A stretch of DNA of 63,823 bases, counting the filler, from Welwitschia mirabilis (lineage: Eukaryota): assembly GCA_051453625.1 (NCBI GenBank). It is 5 parts of one record of this genome, joined end to end, with 100 filler letters (N's around TTAATTAATTAA, not from the genome) between each part and the next. Parts side by side here need not be neighbours in the genome. Positions count along the whole stretch, not along the records: positions 21,770 to 53,573 come from JBOZIK010000001.1; 4 more parts are not named here. One strand, 5' to 3'. A program made the translations under genes and the position numbers. Below the pieces are notes generated by a model. That model worked only from the letters and a program-made list of their open reading frames with translations. It ran no database searches and had not been told where the DNA came from. Positions 37,490-51,400 of this stretch are shown piece after piece (position 1 is the first letter of the stretch; every line of letters begins with the position of its first letter).

Positions 37490-38762
37490 CTCAAAGTGCC
37501 CTCTCCAAGTAACCTTCATTGCTTAAAGACCCCCTTTAAATCCTTACAAAAGTAAATTATTTTGTTTTTAATGATGTGTCAAAAATAAGCATCATCTATC
37601 GAAGATTTCTTTGATAGATGGCTGATCTACTTTGATCATGTTTTCAAAATCCCATTGAGTTTTAACTTCTTTTTTTCCTTTTTTTTCATTCTTAGTGTGA
37701 GCTCAAAGATTTTCTTTGAGTAACCTTCGTTGCTTGAAGATCGCATTTGTGCTCTACCTGGAGCATAATGGAAAATAATCTAATAATAACTTGGCTTTGT
37801 CTTCCTTCTGATTTATCGCACTTCTCAGATCTTCTTTAAGACCATTGAATCCCCCTTTTCATACATTAGTCTAATTGATTTGATATGCTTTGAACTTCTA
37901 ATCAAAGATTGCATTTAAAAAAAGATATTCCCCCTTCAATTTTAGTATCCATATATAAGAGATAGAGGGTAAATTAATGGTTATATTAGATTCTTTAAAA
38001 CAACCTTGTCAATAACTCCTTGAAAGATCCTTTTAAGCAAGCCTTTGTTTCTTAAAAACCTTTGATCTCAGTCTTTATTAGAAAATGCTTTTGAAGAAGT
38101 AATTCAAACTCGAAGGATCCCTTTGAGTAACATTCATTGCTTGAAGATCTTCTTCAAGGAAGCAATTTCTTCTTGCATTTAGAGAAAAACTTATAAGCTA
38201 ATTTTTTACTAAAAAGCATGTCTTCATAAGTTGATTAGAATATCAAATGAAATGGACAACTGCTATGATAAAATGCAAATGGTATTTTCTAGGAAGTGGA
38301 TTAATAAAAATTTAGATGAAATAAATATTGTAGAACAAGGATTTACTAGTAGAAGGAAAGCATCCATGAAACAAAAGGATAATAGCAGTAGTAGCAAATG
38401 GGTTAGAATTTCAAAAGGAATTCTCTTATGAAGGATTTCTTGTTTAGAGCTTTATGAACTCTATACAAAAAAACCATGGTCTATATAACATGCTTTTTAT
38501 AAGCCAAGGGAATTATGATTACATTTATATAATTAACATATTTGAGGTTCTGATTTTGGGTAGTTTGAAACATTGAAATAAAATAAGAATTAATAGCTTC
38601 TACTCTACTAAATAGCTTCATCAATTTAAAGGACCCTTTCAAGCTAGTAATGATGACTACTCGAAGGATCTCTTTGAGAAATCTTTATTATTTGAAAAAT
38701 CCCTTTAAAAGTATAATTATTACTCAAAGGACTTATTTGAATAGTCAAAGACTTCTTTCGAC
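37490..38762. repeat. Clustered array of ~19-bp palindromes (consensus CTCGAAGGATCCCTTCGAG) with ~31-bp period
   Basis: Units at 37490, 37522, 37702, 37733, 38019, 38051, 38078, 38109, 38140, 38625, 38660, 38691 and 38723. Confidence 0.75.
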
Positions 38763-41705
38763 CCCTAGCAAGAGGAGAGACAAAAACACACTTTTATAGC
38801 AAATGTTGTCGATACCCAACCTTGATGATTTTAACCATCCCTTTGTTAGAGAATGTGGTAAGTTAGACTTTAACACATGATGGGGAGCTCCAAAATTCTA
38901 TCAATAAAATGTTACAATAGATAAATGTTTATTTCAAGTTTGTTTTTAGTGCACAATTTACTTTATTGTCTTTCAATTACATGTGAAAATGTCATGGACA
39001 CTTCATCTATTATCTCTTTCATAGGTAAAATATTATTTTAGGTTAAACTATTTAAACTAAAAATGTTTCTTTATATAGTTAAAAGTTTTAGTTATTTAAA
39101 ATGCATTCTATTTTTTTTCAAAAAGATCCTTGGTTAGCACTTGGCATTTAATAATACTTATTATATGAACATTTCATACAAGAAATAAATTGAATTCTAA
39201 AGCTAAATCATAAAATTTTTTTAGTAGAAGTTAAAATTATCAAAAGTTCAAAATTTGAAAAACATTTTAAAGATCCTAGTTTTACTAGACTCAGAAAACG
39301 GTTGAACTTAGCTAATAGAAGTAATTAATCTTTTTAGAAAAATATAGTAATGACAAATTTTATTCTTTTTATAGAAACTTGATATTTTTAGAAGAACTCT
39401 CAACATTATACTCATCAGCCAATAATGTGCTACTTTAATTTTCGTTAGATGAAATAAAGATGATTCTTGAAATACAATCTAGTGGTAGAATACTATCAAA
39501 ATTACATAGAAATGAGGACATTACTTTATGTCTAAAACATTTTTAAAGTGTCACTAACAAGGATGATGAGTTATTGACATTAATAAAGCAAGGGATTCTA
39601 AGGCGTTTGTCATTTCTAGAATGATATCATCTAACCTATCCCTAATCATTAATAAACAAAAGGAGATATGTATATGAGGAGTATATTTAATTGATGCCAT
39701 CAGAGACCCCTCAAGTGGAAATATTAATGTTGAGTTCAACATCTTTTAGTATTTATGTAAATTAGTGTCAAAAATCAAAAATACCACCAAAATTACAAAG
39801 GTGGGACTAGGATTTTCCTCACTAATTGAAAGGATTCTTTTAGATAGAAACATTTCATAATTCTTTTTGATAAAAAGAGGTAGTGTGGAACTTATCGTTT
39901 CATCCTTATTTGGAGTTTCATTTCTAACACACTTAAGTATTTTAGGCACAAAAGAGACATCTTTAACAAGTTAACTAAACATAGCCCCTGGAACCTTCCA
40001 GAGAATAAGTAGATACATTTACTATATAATAATTAGGGATATAAAAGGAAATAAATCTTTTACAAAGTCACTGAAAGAAGATAAGATGGATTCTTTATGT
40101 GCTACTATAAATTCATTAACCACCTTCCTGCTAAAAAGGAATAAACTATAGGAAGAAGATCTTATCTTAAAAAAACTTAAATTTTTAGAACTAGAGAATG
40201 AAATTTATAAAGATAAAAGTTCTTTTTAGCAAAGAGAATGTAATCAAGCAAAGGAGAAAATAAAATAGTTAGAGAAGAGATTAATCTCTTATTTTTAATC
40301 CTAAAAATTAGATAGATCCTTTTTAGATAATTAGAGCAAGAGCTTAGGGAGGAAAAAGAAAAACTACTACTTCCCTTAGCCAATAAAGAAGATTTTTTAT
40401 TAGAACTTTCAAAATCATAACTCAGATCAAACATTATGATCCTAAGTATATCGAGATGATTAAGAATTCATTACTTTCATGCATAATAACTCATCCCTCC
40501 CTCCAAAGAAATAATATTCAAAGAAAATCTATATGAATTTAAGAGGGATGCATAAAAAGTACTTGAAAATTCAAGAAGAAAATAATAAATACAAGAAAAA
40601 ATGGATAGAACCCTTAGAATAGGTGCAGATTAAGTAGGAGAAAATTGAAATGAAGGAGAGAAACATTTTTTTTTCTGCAAGAAAAACTAGAATCAACTTC
40701 TCTTTCTTTTGTATCCATTGATTATTCTTCATTCAAGTAAAGTCTACTAAAGGTTTTTAAAAATGAATTATTCCCAATATAAAAAAGAATTAAATAACTA
40801 CTTCAAAACAAACCCATCAAGTGAATAAAGAGATTTTTGTGCATCAAATTTTATATGCCATTAGAGAAATGTTGATTTCCCCTAGTTAGTTAAACCCAAT
40901 TAAGAAGCTTAAGGAAGAAAATAGTAGACTGCTTTATGAAAATAATCTTTTAGAAGTCCAACTAGAAAAGACAATAGGATTTAGGAATGAGGAATCAAGG
41001 ATACCATGAAGCATGCATTTCTACCCCCAAAAACTATATGATTATTTTGATGGTTGTGAAAAACTTATAAATAAAATCATACAAAAAAATAAAAAAAAAG
41101 GTAGGAGAAAATTACATAGATATTTAACTAAGCCCTAAAGGAGGTAAATACTATAAGAGTTAAGTAGTTAAGGAAAAAAATAGAAAGCATTGATTAAATT
41201 CCTCCTAGTTTGTAAAGGTTTCAAAAGGGACATTTATTTCTTTGTGATTACTAAGCAGGATCTATACTCTCTGAAAAACTAAATAAATCATATTTTAGAG
41301 TATATGTGAATTCTTAAAGGAATCTTTGTAGAAATTTTCTCTAAAATGGAAGGAGGAGAAGGAATTAGAACTATCTTATTTGAAAGTTCTTCTAGATTGA
41401 GAGAATCTAAAAAAACCCCTTCTACTCAACCTATGAGATGTCAAGAAGATTCCAAGGTGTCAAGAAGATTCCAACTACCAAAAAGGATAAACAATCAAAA
41501 GATAGATTAATTGAATAAAGAGAATATAAATTTAGATGATCTGACTCTTTTAAAATAGGAAATTGAGGAAATAAAGCAGTTAAAAGAAATGAAAAAGTCA
41601 CAAGTTGAATTGGAATCAGACATAGTTGAAAAGAAGAAGATAAAAAGTCAAAGAAAATAGTGTAAATTGTTAGTGGACTAATAAATGTTTGAGTTTGGTG
41701 GAAAC

Positions 41706-43518
41706 TGATGACTCAAAAATAGATGTATATATATGCTATACTCTTAACCCATATACGTTAAAATGTTAGCACAAATATTATGAAATTATTATAGTATATC
41801 ATGAGTTATTATTATAAGCTAACTTTGTAATGTAAGTCAATTAAGTAAAGTTATGCTATAAAAAGGAAAAGAAGTTATAACAACTAGATAGATGATGAAA
41901 AAGAAGGAATAACAAATTTTCTATTGCTACATTTATAAATAGGCACATTAGAGGAGGCAAAGCGATCCTTTTAGATTCTCAGAGAAGAGTTGAAAAGCAT
42001 GTCTCAAGTGAAGAGATCATAGGGGGAGGATTATAAAGTAGATTCCTTGACTCCAGTGCCTATTGTGAAAACATATAAGGAAGCTAATCAATGTATTTTC
42101 CTGATAAGAAATACAAGCTACATTGTTCTGAAAACAATCCTATGTTGTTGAAGTGTGTAATTTGAAAATGTTGCATGTTATCATTTCTTATTCTTAATAT
42201 TGATGATAGCTAAAGTTAATATTAAGATAGTGTAATAATTAGGAATAATTGTTATAGGTAATTTGGCTATGTTTTCTTTGTTCTAGTTCTTTTATTTATC
42301 CATATTCTATAAATTATTTCTACAAGTAGATTTTTATTAGAATACCTTTTTGCCAAGAATAGTTATTTTTAACAAAGCATGTTTCCTGATTAAAAGTTTT
42401 TATTTTGAGTCAAAATAGAAAGGAAAGAAATCTTCATATAAAGTTATTAATGATCAAATTATATGTGTAGATGTAGTATATTAGTTGTATGATTTTATAG
42501 CATTTTGTTAATATAATATTTTCTTTTTAAGAATCTCATTAAAACTAGTTAACTGTTTTATAGTATGTTTAGTTAAAATCTAGGCTTGCAACTCTCCTAC
42601 TTCTAAATTTTCAAATTTCGAGAATCCTCTCTACATTTTTTCTTAGTTCTTAATTTCTCCTATATTCAAGTGATCTCTCTATGAGATTGATGTTTTTTCT
42701 CTTCCTTAGTCTACTTTGTACATTGTTAGCCTTAACTCCACAATTTCTTGTACTCTAGGTAGTAAATGATATCTATTCTATTCTAGTAGAATAAACTACA
42801 AGAGACTAGAAGACATATCTCATGATTTTCTTTTGTACTTACATTTTTCTAGTTATTTATTAGTTGCTATTCTATTTTCTCATGTTATGTTATACTCCTC
42901 CTCCTTTATTTCCATAATGGAAATCCTATATAATCATATCCTAAATAAGAAGCAGGGAGAAGAGGTCATGTATGTTTTAATTTTAATAATAAAGTATACT
43001 TATTTTTTACTTTAAACTTTCATTCATTAAGTACCTCAGAAATAATAAATAGAGGACTTGATTTCAAGCAATCTCTATTTGTGAAGGAGAAGCCAAACCT
43101 TATATATCTAGGAGGAAGACCATTCCTTAGATGTTTTTTTTTCAGTCAAACCTCACCCTATCTTACCCACTTAGCCTAGTAAGAAGACCTACTAAGATCC
43201 TCTATTTCCATGGTTGAGACTTGCCTTCCCTTCCATAATGTAAAAAGTTGTAAAGGCAACCAAGAGGATCGAATCCTCTCTTCTATAGTATTTATCTTTT
43301 TTGTTTTTATTTTATTTGGTTTGTTTACTTTCATGTCATAAGGAAATCATATAATCATTTTCGATTACTCTAATACTATTACTTGGTTACTCTATACCTT
43401 CAAGAAAATAATCCATGGATACCTAATTTCTATCCATCCTCCAAAACAAGTCTAGGACCTCACCTTGAAAAGCAAGTTGTGTTGTCTCTTCCAAACCTAG
43501 GAAAGAGAATATGCATCA
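41706..43518 (+). repeat. 3' LTR of element 5 (TGATG...CATCA)
   Basis: Preceded by GGACTAATAAATGTTTGAGTTTGGTGGAAAC (Athila-type pre-PPT/PPT, compare 11007-11034). Perfect 5-bp terminal inverted repeat. The 3' ~650 bp is homologous to 23245-23920. Confidence 0.75.
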
Positions 43519-43563
43519 CCAAAATACTAATGAAAATTGATATGATTTCATTTNNNNNNNNNN

Positions 43564-45364
43564 GCCCATAAGTATTATTTTTAATTACATTTTATTTTTA
43601 TGTTTATATAATTTATTCTTTTGTCATGCATTCCTTTTAATTCAATTAAACTTATTGTAGAATGTTGCATATTTAGTGCTAATAGGATTGTTACATATTG
43701 GTACCTCTCATAGCATTCTCTAATATTTCATGGTTGGTGACTATATGTCTAAAGAAGCATGTTTTATAATCCTCTTCTTTCTTCTTTTCTTTTATCCTTT
43801 TTCTAATACTATTCTCTCATGTCTCCACCTTTTCTTCTAAAGAATTAAATAATGAATTTTTTTTTTCCTTTTTAATAGAATAAATTTATCATGTACATTT
43901 ATAATAATACTTAAATCTAAATTTTAGTATTTTTTTTTTGCATTAGTTTTTCTCTCTTTCCCCTTTTCCTATTAGTGTAAAAACTATGAATTTCAATGCT
44001 TGTTTTGATCATAACTCTTTTTTTGTAACTCTAGTTATTCTAAAAAGTTATTGTTAGGTTTCTCTCTTAATTTAGAAACCTTTTATATAGTTTTAAAAAT
44101 TCTAATTTGACCTTTAAAAGTTTCTTTTTAGATTTTCACAATTTTTTTTGAGTCTGTGAATCTTACTTTTTTTCATTTTTGCATAGAGAATTGTCTATCA
44201 TCATTGTTTCATTTTTAAAAAGTTAAAATATTCTAATGCATTATTTTTTAGTACTTTTAGAATGTAAATATATTTTTTCAACTTCTTTTCTTTTTTTAAA
44301 TATTCTATGCCAAAGTAGGATTCACTATATTTTTTTCATAGGTTTTTCTTAAGGCCATTTCTCAACTTTTTTGATTGATTCTTGATTTTGAATAATTTTT
44401 TCTAAGGAATTATTTTATAGCATGTTTTAATTACTTTGATAATTTTAAAAAGTTTTAGTTCAATTTTCTTAATTCTTTTTCTTGGTTTACCCTATTTCCT
44501 CTTTTCGTTTGGGTTAAAATATGACAAGATGAATTAGATTTTGCTTTGATAAAATAAATATTTACATGTTTTTTTGATAAATTACTTATTAATTTATAAT
44601 TTAAGTTATATGTTACATTATTTTTATAATTTTTTAAAGTGTAACTAAGAATTATCTTTCAATTCATATATAATAAAATTTAGGAAAAATATTATTAAGA
44701 TCAAATAATTTGCTATACTAATTTAAAGAATCATCTTTTCAAAGTGCAAGCTTTTGATTCTAAGTTGATTTATAATTATTGTAAAATAATATAAAACTAT
44801 TTACTGACTCATGCATCTCTATTTTAAATTATTTTGAGTAGTGATTTTTCCAAGAAAGATTATTTTAACATAATAATGATTTAAGTTAGTTTTAACCACT
44901 TTAAATTTCTTTATTATTTGTTTGAGCTATAAATGATCTTAGAGTAGTAGCTAATATTTTTTAAAGATTTTGTCTTTCTTATTCATTATATTTTTCATTT
45001 CAGATTATGTGAAGTTAATCCTTTTACACATGCATTTCTTAAAGTTTATTACATGTTATGCGTTATTATTACATGAATGTCACTCTTATTTATTACTAAT
45101 AAATAGTTATTTTATCATATAAAATAATAGTTTGATAATATAATGTGAAATATATTTCTTAAGATTATATACTAAGCCCATCGGCTTGATACTTGTTTTC
45201 TTCCACTATATATGAAATTTACCCAGAAGATTTAGTTATGATTTTTTTTAATTATCTATGGTTTATTTATTTTATCATATTAATTTATTATGTCAAGTAC
45301 ACAATTCTTTTTATGAAGACTTAGAGTGTAATCATATCATTTTAAAAATTGAATTTTTCTTTCA
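43564..45364 (+). repeat. Partial LTR 'B' (3' ~1.8 kb) of the A/D family
   Basis: Reverse-complement match to both pieces of LTR A; ends ...TTTTTCTTTCA. No PBS follows. Confidence 0.75.
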
Positions 45365-46336
45365 AAGAAAACCTTTCTTCAAACATTGAAGGAGTACAAA
45401 AAGGATTTTATTAAGATGTTGCAAAAAATTCAAGAGATATCTATTGAAAGAAAGTGATAAATCCCCTTTTGTATTAGGATCATAAAAAGATTACAAATTG
45501 GAAAGCACAACTTCCTAACCATAAGATAAAACCAAGTTCATACACTCTTGACTAAGAGTTAAACTAAGTGTAGATATAATAGCTAGATATTTTAGTGATA
45601 AAGCCATTGAGAAAACAAAAGAAAAAGAGACATTAGTATAAAATATTTAATCACATCTATTTAAACCATGCCTTGAGTCCATATGAAGAGTTAATTTCCT
45701 TTTGGATGCCTTCTCTAAAGTTTCACATTCTTGTAAAAATTTCTCAAAATTTTCTATATCACTCAAAGGGTTAAAATTTAGAAATTTCATTAGAAATTTA
45801 CCCCTACTCTTCCCTTAATGACATGTTTTTACTAAAAAAGAATTAAGCTTCATAAATAGTGAGTAAATTAAGATTCACTAATGATTCATTAGTATTATCA
45901 TTTGAAAACATGTAATAAGTGTAAATGAGCATGATAAACCAGATGCTATTTAGTATCTTCTTATGTAAGACTTTTAAATTCTCTAGGATTAATCCAATGT
46001 CATTATTAATGTTTACTCCTTCATTAGTGACATACATAAATCTTGTAAAAGGTCTTTTGATAGTGGTTCATGAAATAAATACATGATTAATGTCCTTAAT
46101 CAGATGACACGATTCAAAATTTGCATTATTGCTAATTCCTCTTTTGGATAAATAATCCTTAGTTGGAAGTTAATTATGGATAAGCTTATTACTGAAGAGT
46201 CTTAACTAAATTTTTAGTACTTTATTATCCCATCCTTACTAGCCTAATTATAATAGTATGGATCTTTGTAATATTAAATAGTAGTACATTGGTGATCATT
46301 GTTCTAGTACTGCATATTGTTGTTAGACTTGTTAAT

Positions 46337-47162
46337 TGAAGTAAAAAATCAATTTTTTAAAATAAGAAGATCAGACTCTAAGTATTCATAAAAAAGAATT
46401 GTGTACTTAGCATAATCATTTAACTCAAGAAAAAGAAATCAAGCATTAATAGTTTAGAATTAAATATAAATAAATCTCCTAGGTCAAATCGCATACATAG
46501 CGGAAGCACATGAGTATTGAACTAATGGAAACTTGGAAAATAAAGTATGAAAAATATTGTGCATCACTTATCAAACTATCGTTTTAGATGATAAAAAACT
46601 ATTCTTAAGTTACATTCATGTAGCCACAACACATGATATGTAATAAACTTTAACAACTAGATGTTTAAAAAGATTAAGAAAATTTCTAACTAAAATTGCA
46701 ACTTCAACTATAAATTACCAAAAATGGGATTTAAGAGGATGAACAAGGATTTTTACTTGCATATCAAAGTTTCTAAATCAATAAAACAAATATAGTAATA
46801 AAATTTTTATGTAATTAGAGTTATAAAAAAAGAGTTATCATTAAAATAGGCACTAAAAGTCACTAGTTCTACTTCAATTAAGAAAAAGAAAAGAAAGAGA
46901 GAAGAACTAATGCAAAAATAAATATTTTAAATCTTAGAATTAATTAAATTACCTATACACATGCTGAGTTTATGATATTGAAAATAAGAAAAGTAGAATT
47001 CATCATTCAATGCTTAAGAAAAAGGATGAAATTATGAGAGAATTAAATTTAAAAAAATAAAAATAACAAAAGAAATAAGAGAGAAGAGAGATTTAAAAAA
47101 CATGATTTATTTAATATAAAATCACCAATAATGAAATATTAGAAAATGTTGTAAGAGGTACT
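46337..47162 (-). repeat. Partial, internally deleted LTR 'C' of the A/D family
   Basis: Plus strand TGAAGTAAAAAATC... matches 828 onward, and 46860-47160 matches 13260-13556. Truncated where element 2 begins. Confidence 0.75.
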
Positions 47163-48439
47163 TATTGAGCTACAAAATTCTATGTATTTGATAGGTTATT
47201 TTTAGCAGTTTTATAGGATATTAGATAGATTTATGCTAGGTTTTGATGATAATGAAGAGCTAAGATAAATATCACAAAAACAGGTAATGTCTATTACATT
47301 TAACAACATTTAAAGCAAATTATAATACTTCCTATTTGAACTATCAACCCTATAATCAAAGAGGCTGATTTAACATAATAAACATCTTTATAAAGCTCAT
47401 CATCCACCTTATCATCTTGAATATTGTATGAATGATAGAAGTACATATGCTAATTAGAATACTTACTAGATTAATCTAGCAATTGATGTGGATCCTGCAT
47501 GATGTGGCATCACCTCCTGTGACATTTGGATGATTAGCATAATGATTCCTAAATATAATACTTTACTAAAATTCACCAAACTTTTGTCATATGTTTTACA
47601 CTTTTTTGTGCATCTATTAGGGTTTTACTATGTCTATAAGTATTTGCTATTTTTAGAGTCTTTATTTGTAATAAATATCTACTCAACTCTGACTTTATCT
47701 TCTTTGGAATCACAACATCTTAGCATCATTATTGGGAAAGCATGCTAGAAGTTTGAGAATTATTGTTGCTTAGATAAGTAGTTTGAATTTCAATTTAAAT
47801 ATTTGTCTATAGTAGCATTATATCTTTACAGTACAACTATAGGTTTTTCTTTTTACATTTTTTAATTTACATTTCAAAAATAATGATCTTATCATCCCCC
47901 TTGTTGTCCAAATGACTCACAATGATAATGACTTGTGAGACTAGGATTTTTCATTTTATAAAAGCTAGGGCTTTTCCTATTGTCCCCTCTATCATTTAGA
48001 TGACTCAAAAGATGACTATTAGTTTTTATTTTATCTTATTACATGATTCTACTATTCTATGTTTTTTGTTTTCAAATTTTTTATATCTTCTGTTGTCTAG
48101 GCACATCATCCAAATAACCACTAGAATTATGCTTATAGAAATAGAACTGAACATGCTAGGACATGATAAACTCTAGTACAAGATACAATATCAGAGAGAG
48201 TGGCTATTAATTGAAAAAAAATGCAATAAGATTTAATAACTATGAACTAAACCAAGGTACACATATCCCAGGTACAAAAAATATTTCAAGAATTATGCAA
48301 GAAGATTTTTATGCATTTATTATTTCTGAATATAATCTTTTTAAAGAAAAAATTTTAAAAGAAAGTTTAAAAAATAATTTTTTTTGCAATGTCAAATTCT
48401 ATGTAAAAACAAAAGTAAGTATCTTCACCTAATCCCACT

Positions 48440-51400
48440 ATCATGATAGAAATCTCTACTACCCCCATAAATCCAAATGGTAATGTTAGTCTTAAAGAAA
48501 TAATTGAAAATAAAATGCATGAAATCAAAAATTCTTTTGACCTCCCTCTTGGTAATGATGTAGAGTTAAGAAATCTAAATGTATAGCCTATTTTCAATGG
48601 AGAAAATAATGAAGATCCCTTCTAACATATAGCTAACGTTGAACAATTAGTGCTTGCTTTATGAAATGATGAAAAATGAATTAGCTATCATACTTATATG
48701 GTTATTTTTTCCATCACATTAAAAGAAAAAGCAAAATTATGGCTAAGAACTATTTCACATAAAAGCTTAAAAATATGAAACCAAGTTCAAGAAACCTTTA
48801 TAAAAGGATTTATGACAAAACAATAATAAGAAAAAAATAAATAGATAACAAATTTCCTACAGTAACCTAATGAAGATGATGCCTCTACTGATGAACGATT
48901 TTTTTATTATAATTAATTCTAATTCCATTGATGCAGTTACTCAATAAGAATTAATACACTATTTCCATAGTGGAATTAATAGATAAAATAAACAACTTGT
49001 ATATTTTTCATGTGGTAGAAATTTAATGACTCTCACTTTAGAAAATGCACGTAGGTTATTAGAAGAACTCGTGAAAGTAAGTTAAACATGGCCTAAACTA
49101 ACATGTAAAGAAAATTGTACTATAGGTCAAATTATAAAAGATCTTAAAGAAGTCAAACAAGAAAATGAGGAAGTGAAAATAAAAAAAGAACCAACAAATG
49201 TAATTAAGGGTTTCACAACAAAATTATAAAAATACACTCAAATGATTTTAAATGTAAAAGTGACAACTAAAAAGAATGTGGTTCTAACTTGTGATTTGTG
49301 TGAAGACAACTATCATGTGACTAAAAAATGTCCTTTATTATAAAATTACAAAGAGAAAATTTATAAATAAGCATGAAATTTCAACTAAAAGTATTCAAAC
49401 TTTAAAAATCAAAATCAAAATCAAAACTAATTTTAACATAGTTGAATGAACAACTTTTAATCTTTTGAAATACTAACTTTTGAAACAAAAAACTTAAACC
49501 TTCAATCAAGTAATTCAAATTATTAAGAAAATAAATTAAATTCTCAAAATTAAAATGATCCACTTAGAAATTCCATTGAGAAACTAAGAAGATCTCAAGA
49601 GAAGAAAAACTTAAACATTGAAAATCTAGTAATTATTTTTCAATAAACTATACTTACAAATTAAAGACCATAAGGATAACTTACAACACAACCTTATTAA
49701 ACCCTAATGAAGTAAAAAAAAAAAAAATGTAAAGTTATGATAAGAAGTAAAAATAAAATAACATCTCCTATCCATAAGACTTCAACTAAAAATAATAAGA
49801 AATATGAAGAAGAAGAAGAGGATAGTGAAATCTTAGAAGATCATACTTTTCCTTCTCCTTTAAGTGACAAACTTAATAAGAAAAATTCTTTTTAAGATAA
49901 AGGAAATAAGCCTACTACCTTTTGGCTTGATGGATTAAATATCAATCCTACCTTTGATGATCATCTTAAAGCCTTAATATGAGATGTGAGAAAAAATTTA
50001 ACATTTTAGAAACTCTTGAAAGAAAATCCTAAATAATTTCTTATAATAAAATATTGAATATTATAAGTTATTGAAAGACATAATTAGGAGGAAATAAAAA
50101 TGAACCATACTTAGTAAAGTCTTCCTATCCCAATCTATAACCAACTTAGTTTTGTAAAAATGTCCAAATTTTAAGGATCCTAGAGCAACAATAGTTAGTA
50201 TTACTTTAGAAGGAAATAAAATAATAAAGAAAGCCTTAATCAGTATAGGAGTGAGTGTTAATGTTATTCCTTTACACATTTATTAATGGCTTGGTTTAAA
50301 AAGTAGAATTGAGCATATATGTATTATCTTAGAAGTGGTAAATACATCTGTAAAGAAATCTCTAAGAGTAATAAAAGATTTGGTGATTTAAATTAAGGAA
50401 GAATTCTATCCAATAGATGTGGTTGTGATTGAAGTTAAGCATAATAGAGGTTATCCACTACTTCTAGATAGAAAATTTTATGTAATAGTCCATTGTATTA
50501 TTGATACAAGAACTAGAATGATGGAGTGCCACTTAGGAAATAAAAGGTTTATCATTAGAGTTTTTGATGCTACTGTAAAAAACCTAGGTAATAAGTGGAA
50601 TGTAGAGGAATAAATTAAGCCAACATTAATTTTATAGCATAATCCAGTTAAAGAGAGATGGTTAATGCATTTACTTGGATCCATAAAGATTTAACAACCA
50701 TTCCTACTTTATTATTTAGCATAAAATCTACCTTGAAGATAATGCAAAACCTATTAAGAAACCCCAATGTCGACTAAATCTAGCTCTTAAACAAGTTATT
50801 AAAAATAAAATCATTAAATTAATGGATGCTAAAATTATTTATGTCATGTTTAATAGTGAGTGGATTAGCCCTTTGACGATGAAACCTAAGAAAGATGGAA
50901 AGTGGAGAATTTGTATTGATTTGACCATTGTTATTTATCTTTTCTTGATTATATACTTGATAGAATCTAAGGACATCCTTTTATTGCTTTCTTAATAGGG
51001 ATAGTAATTATAATTAGGTTTGTATAGTTAGTGAGAATCAAGCAAAAATAAATTTTACTTTACCTTTAGAAACATTTGCTTTTAGATGCATGCCTTTTGG
51101 ACTTTGTAATGCTTCTAGTACATTTTAACATGCAATGATGGATATCTTTTTTTATATGTTAGAGGATTCAATTAAAATTTTTATGAATGACGTCTTAATA
51201 TTTGATGAAAACTTTGAATAAATCTTAGAAAGATTAGAGAAAATCCTTAATAAATGCATTGAGAGTGGCCTACATTTAAGTCGGGAGAAGAGTTTTTATT
51301 AGTTGATAATGGAATTATCTTAGATCACCACATTTCTAGTAAAGGAATTAGAATTAATCCTAAAAAACTAAGTATCATTGAAAAAATAACTCCTCCAATA

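Noticed and set aside
37490..38762. CRISPR array
   Set aside because: The spacers are only 12-16 bp and partly repeated, the repeats are degenerate, there are no cas genes, and the context is a eukaryotic retrotransposon. Kept as a palindrome-array finding.
41439..41475. 19-bp tandem duplication TGTCAAGAAGATTCCAA
   Set aside because: Ordinary slippage-type duplication with no further structure.
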